Assembly: GCF_021869535.1 (NCBI RefSeq)
Contig: NW_026262679.1
Span: 111,352,001 to 111,416,000, forward strand
Direction of reading: 5' to 3'
DNA from: Mytilus californianus
Taxonomy: Eukaryota
Length of the DNA stretch: 64,000 nucleotides
Shown: positions 48,379 to 59,196 of the stretch, piece by piece
How the letters are laid out: each line of letters begins with the position of its first letter
How positions within the stretch are numbered: the first letter of the stretch is position 1
Notes under the pieces: model-generated
The model's input: the letters and a program-made list of their open reading frames with translations, nothing else
What the model was told of the DNA's origin: nothing
The model's database searches: none
Made by a program: the position numbers and the translations under genes

Positions 48379-49924
48379 TTACTAAAACACACATTATTAG
48401 ATTCATATGTTTACTGTAAGGTATTATCAACATCTTTGCGTATTTCTGAATATTTCACTTGAAAGTTATCAACGCGTAAAGATAACTCAAAACTGCATGC
48501 ATTCTGGCCAGATTTTAGAAAATTTTAGCAATTATCTAAAACTGACGAGAAGGATTTTCCTAAAGGGATAGTAGCTACGATTTTGACAAAATTTTGAGAA
48601 TGTTTAAAAGTGGCCAAGATGAAAGATACATAAAAACCAAAATTTATTGGAAGTTATAACATTCATTTCTTTCAGATACACCATAATTTATTTAAGGTTA
48701 AAATCTTCCTTCTATGCAAAATTTGCAGAATATATAAGGAAATACAAAAAAATATTGAATACGGATTAAGTATCATGAATACATCATATATATAAACTTC
48801 GAATTCCACGGAGTAGGTCTTAAAACGTTTTGATTTTGTCCCAGTTAGTGAAACATATTTAGGGGAAATTTGCCCAGTATATGTAGAAAAAAACAATATA
48901 ATTGAAAATTAAACCGATGTCCCCCCAAGAAAACAGGATTTTGCATGCCTAAAGATCTTCTTACAGTTTTGTACTAAAAGTTACAATCGATACCAGGCGA
49001 TGTATTTTATCAATCTAACATTTAATGTTATTTGTGTAAGCAGGCACGAACAAATCAAAAGAAAAATAAATGCATGAATTCCATGCGTGTAAAAACTGTG
49101 AGCACTTTTCGGAATACACACCAACGAGATTGAGAAATAAGGGTAGAATGAAATTATAAAACTATCCTCAATTATCTCTTGATTTTGTTGGTTATAGGTG
49201 ATCTTTCGAAAATTACAATGATCGTTAATATTTAGCAATAAACAAACGAAATATTACTGAATATATTTATAATTCAATTAAATGGGAGCTAATATATCCA
49301 TGTTCTGCAAAAAACGCATGCATTCGACTGAATTTATATATTTTAGAAAAGTTAAGGTAGCTCTATAGGTACCTTATACTTAAGTATAATCTTAGGCGTT
49401 TTCTTAGTTTAAGAATTTTTATGCATACCACTTAGGTAAAAAGGGCGGAGTTTCCTTAACTTAAGTGTTTACTAAGGAAAATCTTTACTTAAGTAGCTTT
49501 ATGCATAGGGGCCCAGGTCTTTACTCCTCATGTTCCAATTCAGGAACTATTGTTTTACAAATCAAATAATGCATTTCTGTAAATAAAGGATTTTTTTTAC
49601 TTCCTCTTCCAAATCAGGAATTAATGTACATTGTACATAACTTTTTTTTATAATATTTCTGTAAAGCAGGGAAATGCTTTATAATATGATCAGAGTCAGA
49701 GATTATTTTAAAATGTATATCATAGACTGATTAAAACATTTCAGTTTAGTAGGGAAGCTCTCGAGCTCCTGTACTATGTTAGCATTACTCTACATATATT
49801 TCATAGACTTCTTAAAATGTTTAAATGAATCAGGAAAGTTCTCTATATTTTTAAAAAGTCATTCCATCAGCTGGGTATATTATTGTTGGCAAATGTTTCG
49901 CACAATGACTTTGAAATGACCTTG

Positions 49925-50220
49925 AATAGATATAAGAAGATGTGGTATGAGTGCCAATGAGACAACTCTCCATCCAAGTAAAAATTTATAAAAGTAAAAC
50001 CATTATAGATCAAAGTACGGTATTCAACACGGAGCCTTGGCTCACACCGCACAGTAAGCTATAAAGGGCCCCAAAAATTACTAGTGTAAAACCATTCAAA
50101 CGGGAAAACCAACAGTCTAGTCTATATAAAAAACGAGAAACGAGAAACACTTATGAACCACATCAACAAACGACAACTACTGAACATCAGATTCCTGACT
50201 TAGGACAGGTGCAAACAAAT
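49925..50220 (+). repeat. High-copy interspersed repeat (same family)
   Basis: aagaagatgtggtatgagtgccaatgagacaactctcc...cagattcctgacttaggacagg. Confidence 0.75.
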
Positions 50221-50806
50221 GAATTTTACAATATGTGAAATGACCTTGACTTGTGAAATGACCTTGAAGTTTACAATTTGTGAAATGACCTTGATGTTTA
50301 CAATTGAATACTTCGTGATTTTTTTTTTCAGACCAAAAATGAATTGTCTGCCAATACAGAAATCAGTAGATACTCACTCCAACATTTTATAAATAAATTT
50401 TGATATTAAAAGGGTACAAATGGCAGGTTTTCTTCATTTAAGAGTACGGAACCTAATTGTTTTTTTGTCTTTAATATTGAAATATTTATTATTCAATGTG
50501 CAATAAAACCATTCATCATAATATGGAAATCCATTAATCGTCTGAAATGTAAACCATATTTATTTATACTATGAAAAAGACAGTATTCTTTCTGAATCCA
50601 AAAATAATGATGTTTGTATTCCAAGATAAACAGTCATGTATCATGTACATATATATTAATATTTTTCTTACTTCAGGACTAATTGACCTCATTTTTGTTG
50701 GTTGTTTCTGCTGCCTCCAAATTAACACTAAATGAAAATAATTTACAGAATTATTTCAAGCAAGAAAGAGTTAATATCAAAATGTTTTAAAAAATTTTAT
50801 ACTTAC

Positions 50807-50921
50807 ATTTTTAACTTCTGTATATGCATGCAGTCCATATTCACCCAACTCTCGGCCTTGTCCAGACATCTTATATCCACCAAATGGTGCTGCAGCATCA
50901 AACGCATCATAGCAGTTCACC
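50807..50921 (-). pseudogene. ALDH penultimate-type exon [38 protein letters not shown]
   Basis: 115 nt, AG acceptor, GTAAGT donor. Confidence 0.92.
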
Positions 50922-51521
50922 CTATTGACAAAGTAGAAAGTAAACTTTGGAAAAATAAATTTACCCTGTGTGCAATCATTAATTTGCACAATCCAACTAT
51001 AATACACATTCTGTGACCACACAAGTGGGCAGTTTAGGTAGTTATAAAACCAGTTTTAACCCACCATTTTCTTCGGCAGTTGTTTTTCACTTGTTCCGTT
51101 GGTTGATAGCGTTTGATTTTGTCACTTTTTATAATTGGACTTCCCCTCTTTGAATTTGCCTTAGAGTTTGGTATTTTTGTTCAAGGATCTGTCAGTGCTT
51201 CGGGATGCTCTGGTTTTGTTGTAATGAAGGAGGGAATTTGGTTTGCCGATTTAAATATTACCAGTACATAATATAGAACAGAGTGTTGTCAAATCCTGGT
51301 AAGCAAAGCGTTGACACAAGATCTGTATTTTTATCTGGTTGTAATTTGCAGTTAGTCAATTTTTTAAAAAGTGTTGAGATCTTAGTAAAAGCTTTTTCAG
51401 AAGTGTTGTAATCTTAGTAAAAGCCGCAAAGTTCATAACAATACACTTGAGTTTCAAGGGCTTTAATTCCATCAACAAGTAATGTTATTTAGAATCAACA
51501 ACATAACCTACAAGCAAGACA

Positions 51522-51753
51522 AGGAAGTCTGTGGACATGTTGAATTTCAGAATGATATGACAAATCAACAAAGAAGTCTGTGGACCTGTTGTATTTCAGA
51601 ATGATAGGACAAATCAACAAAGAAGTCTGTGGACCTGTTGTATTTCAGAATGATAGGACAAATCAACAAAGAAGTCTATGGACCTGTTGTATTTCAGAAT
51701 GATAGGACAAATCAACAAAGAAGTCTGTGGACCTGTTGTATTTCAGAATGATA
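51522..51753. repeat. 49-bp tandem repeat, about 5 units
   Basis: Unit aagaagtctgtggacctgttgtatttcagaatgataggacaaatcaaca. Confidence 0.93.
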
Positions 51754-51775
51754 GTGCGAAGAACCATATATCTAT

Positions 51776-52028
51776 CTAGTCGTTCTGTCTGTATATTACA
51801 AGAGCCGAAATCAGTTTTCTGTCGAAGCAGATGGAAGATTCAGTCGTATATCTGTCCACTGTTTCCACGAAAAAGGGATATACATATTGGGTACGTTACG
51901 TCGTGAACTTTAGGGTGTTTAACTGTGGGAACTGGCTTGGTGAATTGTGGGCTACTAGTATTCTCAATTGTCACTTAAGCTTTGGACAACTGACTTCGGC
52001 TCTTGTGATATACAGACAGAACGACTAG
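51776..52028. mobile_element. MITE with 41-bp TIRs
   Basis: ctagtcgttctgtctgtatattacaagagccgaaatcagtt (51776-51816) versus the reverse complement of 51988-52028: two mismatches. Confidence 0.8.
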
Positions 52029-52213
52029 GCAAAAATCATTTTGTCTGATAAAAGAACATTAGACTTGAATATTACAGATCTGTATTGCACCAACTTAACA
52101 TAAGTACCATATTTTATCATTACATGTATTAATTAAATATGAATAAAATTTGAAAGTACTATGGACTTAAAATATTATTGAATTGGAATGTATTGCAACT
52201 AGTTGGAAAGAGT

Positions 52214-52828
52214 CCTTATTTAAATAAATTGGGAATGTGTCCATGGGACACAGATGATGCCCACGCTTGCATATTATATAAAGTTATAAAGGGACATAAC
52301 TGAAGAACGGTAAAAGTGACGCTTCCCAAATTTGTACTTGATCTGAGTTTTGTGATAATAAGCATTGTGTATAAGTTTCATAACATTTGGTTGAGGCAAA
52401 CTTAAGTTAGAGAACAGAAACGAAAAATTCAGCAATTTTTCCATTGGTAAAGGGGCATAACTCTAGAACAGTTAAAGTGACACCACCAAAATTCAAACTT
52501 GATCTATATTTTGTGGTAATCAGCATTGTGTATAACATTTGGTAGAGGCAAACTAGAGTTAGAGAACGGAAATGAAAAATTCAGCAATTTTTCCATTTGT
52601 AAAGGGGCATAGCTCTAGAACAGATAAAGTGACGCCACCAAAATTCAAACTTAATCTGTGTATTGTGGTAATAAGCATTGTGTATAAGTTTCATAACTTT
52701 TGGTCGAGGCAAACTAAAGTTAGGAAACAGAAACCAACTTTGGGACTTACGGACAGACGTACGTACGTACGTACGGACGGACAAGGGTAAAACTTAATGC
52801 CCCCTTCGCTACGGCGGGGGCATAAAAA
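52214..52828 (-). mobile_element. HINE/DINE-1-like element with about three internal ~140-bp core repeats
   Basis: Minus-strand start TTTTTATGCCCCCGCCGTAGCGAAGGGGGCAT hairpin, (GTAC/GTCC)n microsatellite, tandem cores. Confidence 0.78.
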
Positions 52829-53409
52829 CATGTTAACACTACAAATCAAAGTGCTGGTGAGCACTGCAGGGTAAAGTTGCTTTTATTTTTCAACGTGAAC
52901 TAAAAATTAAACATTGCATTGTATTATGCAATGGAACACATTTAGGCAATATTGTGAAGTATAGTCAATATTCCGTTGTTCATAATTGTACATTTGTAGT
53001 TAAGCCTTTTTTTCTTTTAGAACAGACAGATTACTACACCTTGCACAGTTTATGGAATTTTTTTTATATATATGAAATAGTTATACATATGCACATCATT
53101 TTGTAACTTATCTGAGTATATATTATTAATAATTGTATCATATGGGAGGGATAGGATATCAAAAGTGTTCACCTCACTATATTGTTTGAGCTTTCAAATG
53201 TAGAGATGAGACTATGAATTTATAGCTATCAAACCTGTGATCTTAGGGTTTTTGTTGACATTTTAAGCAATCTTCACTCAAAATTAGATAGGTGTCCCTT
53301 TAAAGCATGACAGTCCAAACTAGTTGTTGTCAACATCAACAAAGGTAGGAAGATCGGGGATTACTACTTAGTGATCTAAATAATTAGCTAAGACCCTCCT
53401 TGGACAAAC

Positions 53410-53595
53410 ATGTGGTCCTTGTTCAGTTGATTTTAAGTATGGATCACCAACAGTCCCTTTTCTTTGCTCTCTCTGTACTACGTTCTACAAATTCATCATA
53501 GATCTTTTCTTCTACGTACACTCTAGTTCCTGCACAGCAGCACTGACCCATGTTGAAAAACAAGGCAAAATGGGTATCCTCAACAGCTTTCTCAG
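53410..53595 (-). pseudogene. ALDH exon carrying the catalytic Cys (GQCCCAG), frameshifted
   Basis: 186 nt; extra G in AAAAGGGACTGTTGGT (plus-strand CCC at 53455-53457) gives TGA at 53446-53444. Confidence 0.9.
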
Positions 53596-54127
53596 CTAGT
53601 AAATAAATTTACAACTTTTAGCATTTTAATCTGACCACAAAATTGGCTCTTTTTGAGTACTGGTAATTACAATAAGCTGCATGTGTTGTTGTTGATGTGC
53701 TAAGTATACCAACAATCATAATTCAAAGTACTTAACATGAAAACGGTTTCCGACAGATCCTTGAATAAAAGTGTGACAGAAATTGTTGTCAGATGAACCG
53801 ATGGATAGACAGAAATTCTTAATATAACCCCAATTATAAAATTTCAATACATTTTTAAATTGATATAGTTTTACTTTGGAATCAACAGTCAATATTTTCT
53901 GGGGAAAAAATGATGTTGTTTATAGCAAATTTCCACACAAACATTATTTTTTGTTAGTTTCTAGTACTGTTTCTAGTTTCTGCGATACTATAGCTCTAAA
54001 ATCAGTCTCATTTATATGCATCTAATTCTGTCCTGCAATAAGCTTTCTTTTTCTATTTTATCATACTTGTCACTTATATATATGTTCTATAGAGCTGTGT
54101 ATTACCAATATATTTTTAATTACATAC

Positions 54128-54230
54128 TATTAACATCAGAGAGTATGATATTTGGACTCTTTCCTCCTAATTCCAGGGACACTCTCTTCAAGTTAGACTC
54201 AGCTGCAGATTTGGCAACTATTTTTCCTAC
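54128..54230 (-). pseudogene. ALDH exon [34 protein letters not shown]
   Basis: 103 nt, catalytic Glu in ELGGKS. Confidence 0.92.
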
Positions 54231-54877
54231 CTTAAGTAAATAAATGTTCACATATGAAATTTTGTATCTCTACTTCATATACTAATATCTTGGGTATCTT
54301 TTTTTAGAGGAAATCAAACAAAGATGTCTTCTGCTTGATTATGTTCTTGGATATCTATCTCATTGATGTATACCGACATCTTTTTCATTTACATGAACTA
54401 GAATATGTTAAAACTTGTTATGTAAAGTACACTGGTGATTTGATAACCAGCTGTTCAGAAGCGTTAACACCTTTTCATCATTTAAGGTCAAATGTTGACC
54501 TTTAGATGAACATATTTGTAACTTGTGTTGGGTAGCTGTCCTACTGATGTTTACCCCATATGTTTTTACTTTCATTTCCTCTAGATAAAAACTAGATTTA
54601 TTGTTGAATTATAGGTAAAATTCAGCTTTTGTGGTGACTAACATTTTTGAAAATATAGGAAGGTAATAAAAATAACTGCTATAATAGGAATAAACAGATC
54701 ATATGAAATTATCTCATTTCTGATATACTCCTGTATACCCAGTAAAGGCATTTTTCATTGAGAGTAAGAGTCAATCATGATTTTTTCCAAATTAGCAGAA
54801 GCTATCAAACCCAGAAATATCTATAAATCCTGAGAGTAACTTAATTGTTTTGTCAGCCTTGTTTCATTTGACTTTAA

Positions 54878-55620
54878 TAACTAGAGGCTCTAAAGAGCCT
54901 GTGTCGCTCACCTAGGTCTATGTGCACATTCAACAAAGGACACTCTCCAACATTGTAGACGAGAATAGAATTCATAACAAAAATCTCTTTTTTGTTGATC
55001 TTGCATTGCTGATCCTTTTGTCTGTTTAGTTTCTTTAGTGTTTGCTCAAAACACAAAAGAGGGTAAAAAAATCCTCATTTAAGGGCAATCACTCCTATAA
55101 AGAGTGACAGTCTACTAACTATATCGGCTTAATTTGTCTTGTTTGTAGATCTTGCCTTGCTGATCATTTTTGTTATTTAAAGTTTCTATTATCTATAATA
55201 ATTTTTATCATATAAGGAAAAACGCAAAAATTGTTAAAAATCGTCATTTAAGGGCAATAACTCCCAAAAAGGAGTTGTCGGATGATTTCCTTCATGTAGT
55301 TTTAATTGTAGATCTTGTCTTGCTGATCATGTTTGCTTATTTAAGTTTCTATCAATCTATTATAATTTCTTAGATAAAAGGCAAAAATGCAAAAAATTGG
55401 ATAAAATCGTCATCAAAGGGTAATATACCTCTAATAAGGAGTTGACTGACGATTCTGACCATGTTAAACTTATTTGTCTTCATGGTTTTTTTTTTTGCAA
55501 TTTAAGGTTTCTTTGTATCTATTATAGTTTTCAAGATAATAGGCAAAAATGAAAAAAAAGGTAAAATTTGTAATTTAAGGATAATAACTCCTATATGAAG
55601 CCCCCTGACAGTTTTGACTT
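54878..55620 (+). mobile_element. HINE-like element with internal ~160-bp repeats
   Basis: aactagaggctctaaagagcctgtgtcgctcacct head; repeated gatcttg(c/t)cttgctgatcat...aagggcaataactcc blocks. Confidence 0.6.
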
Positions 55621-56143
55621 AAATGGACAATTGTATACTTTGTTCAAGTTTTCATGTTATCAAATAGTCCTAGCTAAAGCTACCTGCAGAATAGCATATT
55701 ACATAACATATATCACAAGGACTTTAAGAGCTATGGTTCTGCTGCTAAGCTTGAAAAAAGTTAGATCACAAAAAATACTGAACTCCAAAGAAAATCCAAA
55801 ACGGAAAGTCTCTAATCAAATGGCAAAATCAAAAGCACAAACACATCAAACGAATGGACAACAACTGTCATATTCCTGACTTGGTACAGGCATTTTCTTA
55901 TGTAGAAAATGGTGGATTGAACCTGGTTTTTTAGCGCTAAACCTCTCACTTGTATGACAGTCGCATCAAATTCCATTATATTGAACATACTCTCCCCTAC
56001 TTTCTTATACAGGACCCTGCATCCTTGAAAACCCACTGAAATCTGAGTAAGGACCAATTTATTTTATTTTGGATGCTCAGATATAGCAGTGCCAGTTATA
56101 GAGTCCACCTCAGCTCATTCTACACCCCCTAGTTAATACAAAC

Positions 56144-56257
56144 CTCTGTAGATCCAGTAAAGGCCACTTTGTCTATGTCTGGATGGTTGGCAATAGCAGC
56201 ACCAGCAGTTGGACCATAACCTGGTACAATGTCCAATACTCCTGGGGGAAATCCTGC
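56144..56257 (-). pseudogene. ALDH exon AGFPPGV...FTGSTE
   Basis: 114 nt, AG/GT boundaries, NAD-binding FTGS motif. Confidence 0.92.
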
Positions 56258-56965
56258 CTGTAAAAGTAGTTAATTAAAACTAATTATAATGTAACAGAAG
56301 ATTACATTCTAATGTATGCTGCTTCCCACATAAGTTCTTTAAATTTTCGATGATCTAAAAAGTTTTATTCCTATAAATATTTCTACCATCCATTTAACAT
56401 GTTTGACATACTGATATAAATCTAAAAAACAGTATAGTGCTTTAATAATAATAAACACGTCTTAATTTATATTTCAAATTCATAACTCCTTTCAATCATT
56501 CATTCTTCTACTCTATACAGAATTTCTGTATTACTGTATAGAATAGAAGAATGAATGATGCATCACATTTGGCTTCTTATTTTAATTGTTTTCTATTTTC
56601 TTTCCAAAAGATTGCAAGCTCTGATTATTCAGAAAATACTAGTTTTAATACTTTTGCTACTTTTTTATTAGGCCTGTTTAAACCTGTGATTTCCAAATTA
56701 TACATACATTCTCTTATTTCCTATATGTTAATGGTTACATATTTTTTTATTGTGCTGCATTGGGTCTTGGTCAGTAAGAGATGTCTTTGAATACACCTAA
56801 AACCAATCCAGGTAATCTATGCCACACATTGTATATGTTCTAAGTCATGTTATCTATCCAGTATTACATGCTTGAACCAAGTCAGGCAATCCATCCCATA
56901 TTTTGTTCTGTTATGTATGCATCGTACCAGTTTTCTATCTCTTCAACAACAAATTTTTTGTTTAA

Positions 56966-57341
56966 GGAAGTTCGCTACTCAGTTTCAAAATAACAAGCTT
57001 TTCACAACACTAGTATATATTGATAGGGGATTAGTAAAGGAACCAAATGAGCGGAAACAAAATATAGGTCCGTGTGCTCGTTTTCGAGATATAAGCCATT
57101 GAAATGTTCTCTCTTGATTTTTCATAGCTTTATCATTGACGAGTATAAGTTCACAAAAACTATTAAAAAATAACAAAGATTTTATAAGACTTTTACAGAT
57201 GGCTTATAATTATACATGTAAAAGAGTTATAAAAAGAAAAATGTGGGTTAGTGGGCAAAATTTTTTAAGGCATTCAAATGGATAAATCCAGAGGATTCCG
57301 AAAATCTGACAAAAATTCCAAAACATGCCAAGCGAACATCC
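56966..57341. mobile_element. Kolobok-like MITE, 376 bp, in ALDH intron
   Basis: TTAA|GGAAGTTCGCT...AGCGAACATCC|TTAA; 11-bp TIR with one mismatch. Confidence 0.8.
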
Positions 57342-57717
57342 TTAATTTTCAAGTGTAGATTTTTATCAAAGGCTGACTAATTGTCAAAAATAAATGCTAG
57401 GATACAAGAATCATTAAAAGAATACAAGAGTTTAAATTTTGTGATTTGTAGGGAAAAACCTGTTCTGGGGGATATAAGACTTTTTTCTTGTGCCTTATTC
57501 TAATTCTCCATGAATATCAACCTTACATGAAAGGATGTTTTCATGAAATAAGCAAAAAAATTAAATTCCTCGTAAAAATTTCCACATAGCATATCAATAA
57601 AACAATCCGACACTTAACAGTTTGTTCAAATGTTTTGGCCTCAAGCATCACTAAAGAGACATTAATTGTGGAAATGTGCATCTGGTGCAGTAAAATTAGT
57701 ACCGTTTATATTATTAG

Positions 57718-57846
57718 CTCTGCTGCTAACTGAACAACATATAAAGCTGTCAATGGTGTCTGTTCTGCTGTCTTCATCACGACACAGTTACCAATTGATA
57801 GTGCAGGTCCTAATTTCCATGCCTGAATCAGCAAGGGGAAATTCCA
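57718..57846 (-). pseudogene. ALDH exon WNFP...QLAAE
   Basis: 129 nt, strong acceptor, donor reads CTAATA. Confidence 0.9.
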
Positions 57847-58169
57847 CTGAAAAAAAATAAAACATTCTTATCAATGAATACAGCAGACATTTTGAAATTT
57901 CATTATATATGGACACATGAAATTCTGTTGTCTCCACTGATTTGAATTTGTGTGTGCAAAAACTATCTCCCTTGTAAACATATCATTCTAAGTATCGTGA
58001 AGGTTGTGGCTAGTACTTTCTTTGAATTGATAAGTCTTGTTCATACAAATTGTATTCATGTAATGAGTAGTTGCGCACAAGGCAACGTTAAGTATACAAT
58101 AGGTTACATAAACAATAGGTAAAGTTAGTGACGTTGGTTACATAATAAATGAATAGCGGCAAATCCTTG

Positions 58170-58470
58170 ACACTAAGAGTATTGCACTCCTTAGAATGTC
58201 CCCATTCTAACAGAACCTTCTGGAAAAAATTTATAAGTACCTCTAAATTGACAACATCTAAGTAAACTGCAACTTTTATTGGTAAACATGCTGCAGATTA
58301 GATTGGCGTCTTCAGGACAAGGTATACAAAAATATACACCAGTCAAAACTAGGTAAAACAGTGGATAATACTTCAACAACATTAGACAATTAATGAATTT
58401 TACCTCTTTTCCTATTTTTAGCCATGAATGCCATGTTGATTGATTGGCAGGAACAAACAAACACAAACTT
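58170..58470 (+). mobile_element. Possible old LINE C-terminal (CCHC-region) remnant
   Basis: The plus frame reads LECPHSNRTFWKKF...TFIGKH...YTKIYTS with in-frame stops, resembling the end of L1/Tx1 ORF2. Confidence 0.35.
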
Positions 58471-59196
58471 TATACAAGATACCCCATTTTGGGGGTAATC
58501 TTCCTATATAAATGTATATAAAGACATGCCGCTGGATTGGGACTGTGTTTGTCAAATATATTACTTATTTGCAAAATAAAATGTCAATGGGTAAGGTATT
58601 TTCATCTTTCAATTAGATATCTGCATATATGCTGTTTTTCCCTATAAATAAAATTAGGATGTAAAAAATTGTGTATAAGATAATTGAGATATATATCAAG
58701 AATGGGTCATCGTCACAAACCTTTAATATATGAATGGGGGAGGGGGTGTTTTTGAAATCTGTACCAAAAATCCCACGTTGTGGCCCCTGTGGATACCCTA
58801 AGGATAATTCACTTCTAGTTTGGCTGAAGAAGATCCAGTGGTTTCAGATAAGATTTTTGAAAAGGTTTATGATGACAAGGGACGCTAAGTGATGGCAATA
58901 GGTCACATGGCTAATAGGGCAGGTAATCTAATGTATTGAGAATAATTTTCAAATTAACTTACAGGAATAATTCATTCAACACATAATTCTCTCAATGAAA
59001 AATATGTTAATTATCATATGAAAACAATCTGTGAAAATTATCTGATCATGCTGATGTGTATTGAATATTGTTTCAAGCGCCATCTTTTGTGTGTATTTGT
59101 GATGTATAAATGTGCTGTTAGTATGGGTATGCATTTTTATTTTAAGCATTGTACAACTGCTTTGCTTTTCAATTGTCTGATTGAACATATTACTTA

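Larger units (their letters stand above)
46741..49514. mobile_element. Composite element bounded by inverted CTTAAG-rich ends (possibly Harbinger-type MITE with nested inserts)
   Basis: taagtggtatgcataaaa(a)tt(a)cttaa occurs at about 46807 and inverted at about 49405-49435; right terminus ...ttatgcataggggccc; CpG-richer interior. Confidence 0.45.
50807..57846 (-). pseudogene. ALDH1/ALDH2-family aldehyde dehydrogenase, partial and disrupted
   Basis: Exons 57846-57718 ([16 protein letters not shown]...), 56257-56144 (AGFPPGV...KVAFTGSTE), 54230-54128 (...[13 protein letters not shown]...), 53595-53410 (...[13 protein letters not shown]...) and 50921-50807 (VNCYDAF...[19 protein letters not shown]...). 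The first listed exon has CT instead of GT at its donor, the fourth has a +1 frameshift with a premature TGA, the two exons expected in 50922-53409 were not found, and the 5' exons are not in the window. Confidence 0.8.

Noticed and set aside
50666-50730. ALDH last exon
   Set aside because: An acceptor is present but the frame gives Cys-stop, with no similarity to the expected V(T/I)xKxPQKNS ending.
37147-57846. Functional metabolic cluster of HPGD-like and ALDH genes
   Set aside because: Only two convergent genes, one broken; adjacency alone is no evidence of a pathway.
58191-58466. 91-aa minus-strand ORF as an ALDH upstream exon
   Set aside because: No ALDH motifs; the opposite strand looks like a decayed LINE remnant.
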